Source: Pedobacter sp. PAMC26386
Lineage (GTDB): Bacteria; Bacteroidota; Bacteroidia; Sphingobacteriales; Sphingobacteriaceae
Direction: 5' to 3'
DNA: 24,000 nt
Assembly: GCA_014302835.1 (NCBI GenBank)
Contig: CP060294.1
Coordinates: 2,295,067-2,319,066, forward strand
Within the stretch, counting starts at the first letter, position 1, and each line of letters starts with the position of its first letter. Shown one piece after another: positions 23,650-24,000 of this stretch. The notes beneath the pieces were generated by a model. That model searched no databases, was not told where the DNA came from, and saw nothing but the letters and a program-made list of their open reading frames with translations. A program made the translations under genes and the position numbers.

Positions 23650-24000
23650 TCATAGCATAACAGTAACCCTCCTTCCTGTAACTTTGAATTTCACGTCACC
23701 TGTGAGGCTTAAAACTTTTAGAATTTCGCTTATATTTTTTGACCTGGACACTTTACCGCTAAAGTTCAAATCATCCAGATTCCCGGCGTAATCAATATCA
23801 ATATTATACCATCGGGCAAGCTTGCGCATAATGGTATGGATATTATCTTCTTTAAAAATGAAATAGCCATTTTTCCAGTCCACAATTGAATTGACATCTA
23901 CTTCTTCGACCTCAAACTGTTTCTCATTAACTATAGCTTGCTGTCCTGGGGTTAAGAAATGATGTTCGGTCTTGTTATACTGTGAACTTACGCTAATACT
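23650..24000 (-). CDS. FecR-family anti-sigma factor, C-terminal part; gene runs off the right edge
   Basis: The frame is open from base 24000. It reads ...HHFLTPGQQAIVNEKQFEVEEVDVNSIVDWKNGYFIFKEDNIHTIMRKLARWYNIDIDYAGNL...KFKVTGRRVTVML. This parallels the C-terminus of the FecR protein at 16593-17720. The M at 23883 in the ORF track is only an internal GTG. Confidence 0.85.
   Translation of the reverse strand, partial: SISVSSQYNKTEHHFLTPGQQAIVNEKQFEVEEVDVNSIVDWKNGYFIFKEDNIHTIMRKLARWYNIDIDYAGNLDDLNFSGKVSRSKNISEILKVLSLTGDVKFKVTGRRVTVML

Noticed and set aside
1-24000. Scan for tRNA/rRNA genes, CRISPR arrays, IS elements and long direct repeats
   Set aside because: By eye I found no cloverleaf-like GC-rich segments, no regularly spaced repeat array, and no transposase or integrase ORF with terminal inverted repeats. 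Intergenic spacers are short, the longest being 313, 207 and 191 nt. A computational scan (tRNAscan-type, Rfam, a CRISPR finder) would be needed to exclude small RNAs formally.

Overview
AT-rich, gene-dense chromosomal segment that looks like Bacteroidota, probably Sphingobacteriia-like. The taxon is an inference from SusC/SusD pairs, FecR/ECF-sigma modules, GLPGLI and WG-repeat proteins and TAnnTTTG-type promoter boxes. I support 24 protein-coding genes and saw no rRNA, tRNA, CRISPR array, transposase or integrase. The window has three blocks. (i) 1-3589 holds miscellaneous accessory genes: a WG-repeat lipoprotein, a GNAT acetyltransferase, a voltage-gated K+ channel with a C-terminal zinc ribbon, a small membrane protein, a secreted alpha/beta hydrolase and a SnoaL-like lipoprotein. 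(ii) 3576-11197 is the most interesting part. An ECF sigma factor, a soluble RsrA-like zinc-finger anti-sigma and a GLPGLI-family protein lie on the minus strand. Divergent from them is a tightly packed nine-gene plus-strand array: two YHS-family Cys proteins, a small OM beta-barrel, a stand-alone CoaB-type ligase, DoxX, a DinB-fold protein, an NRDE/TANGO2-ATP-grasp fusion and a LysE-type exporter. The same TTGTAAGG-N15-CGACT motif faces both the sigma gene and the array, and the array ends at a long hairpin. I read this as a sigma-controlled, possibly thiol/redox-related small-molecule ligase and export system that matches no characterised pathway I know. (iii) 11213-24000 holds two tandem trans-envelope-signalling loci (ECF sigma / FecR / STN-SusC / SusD) with no enzyme genes. 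Each has a plus-strand TAnnTTTG box and a conserved block abutting the susC start, and the first also has a plus-strand hairpin plus T-run. This suggests DonS-like cis-antisense RNAs.
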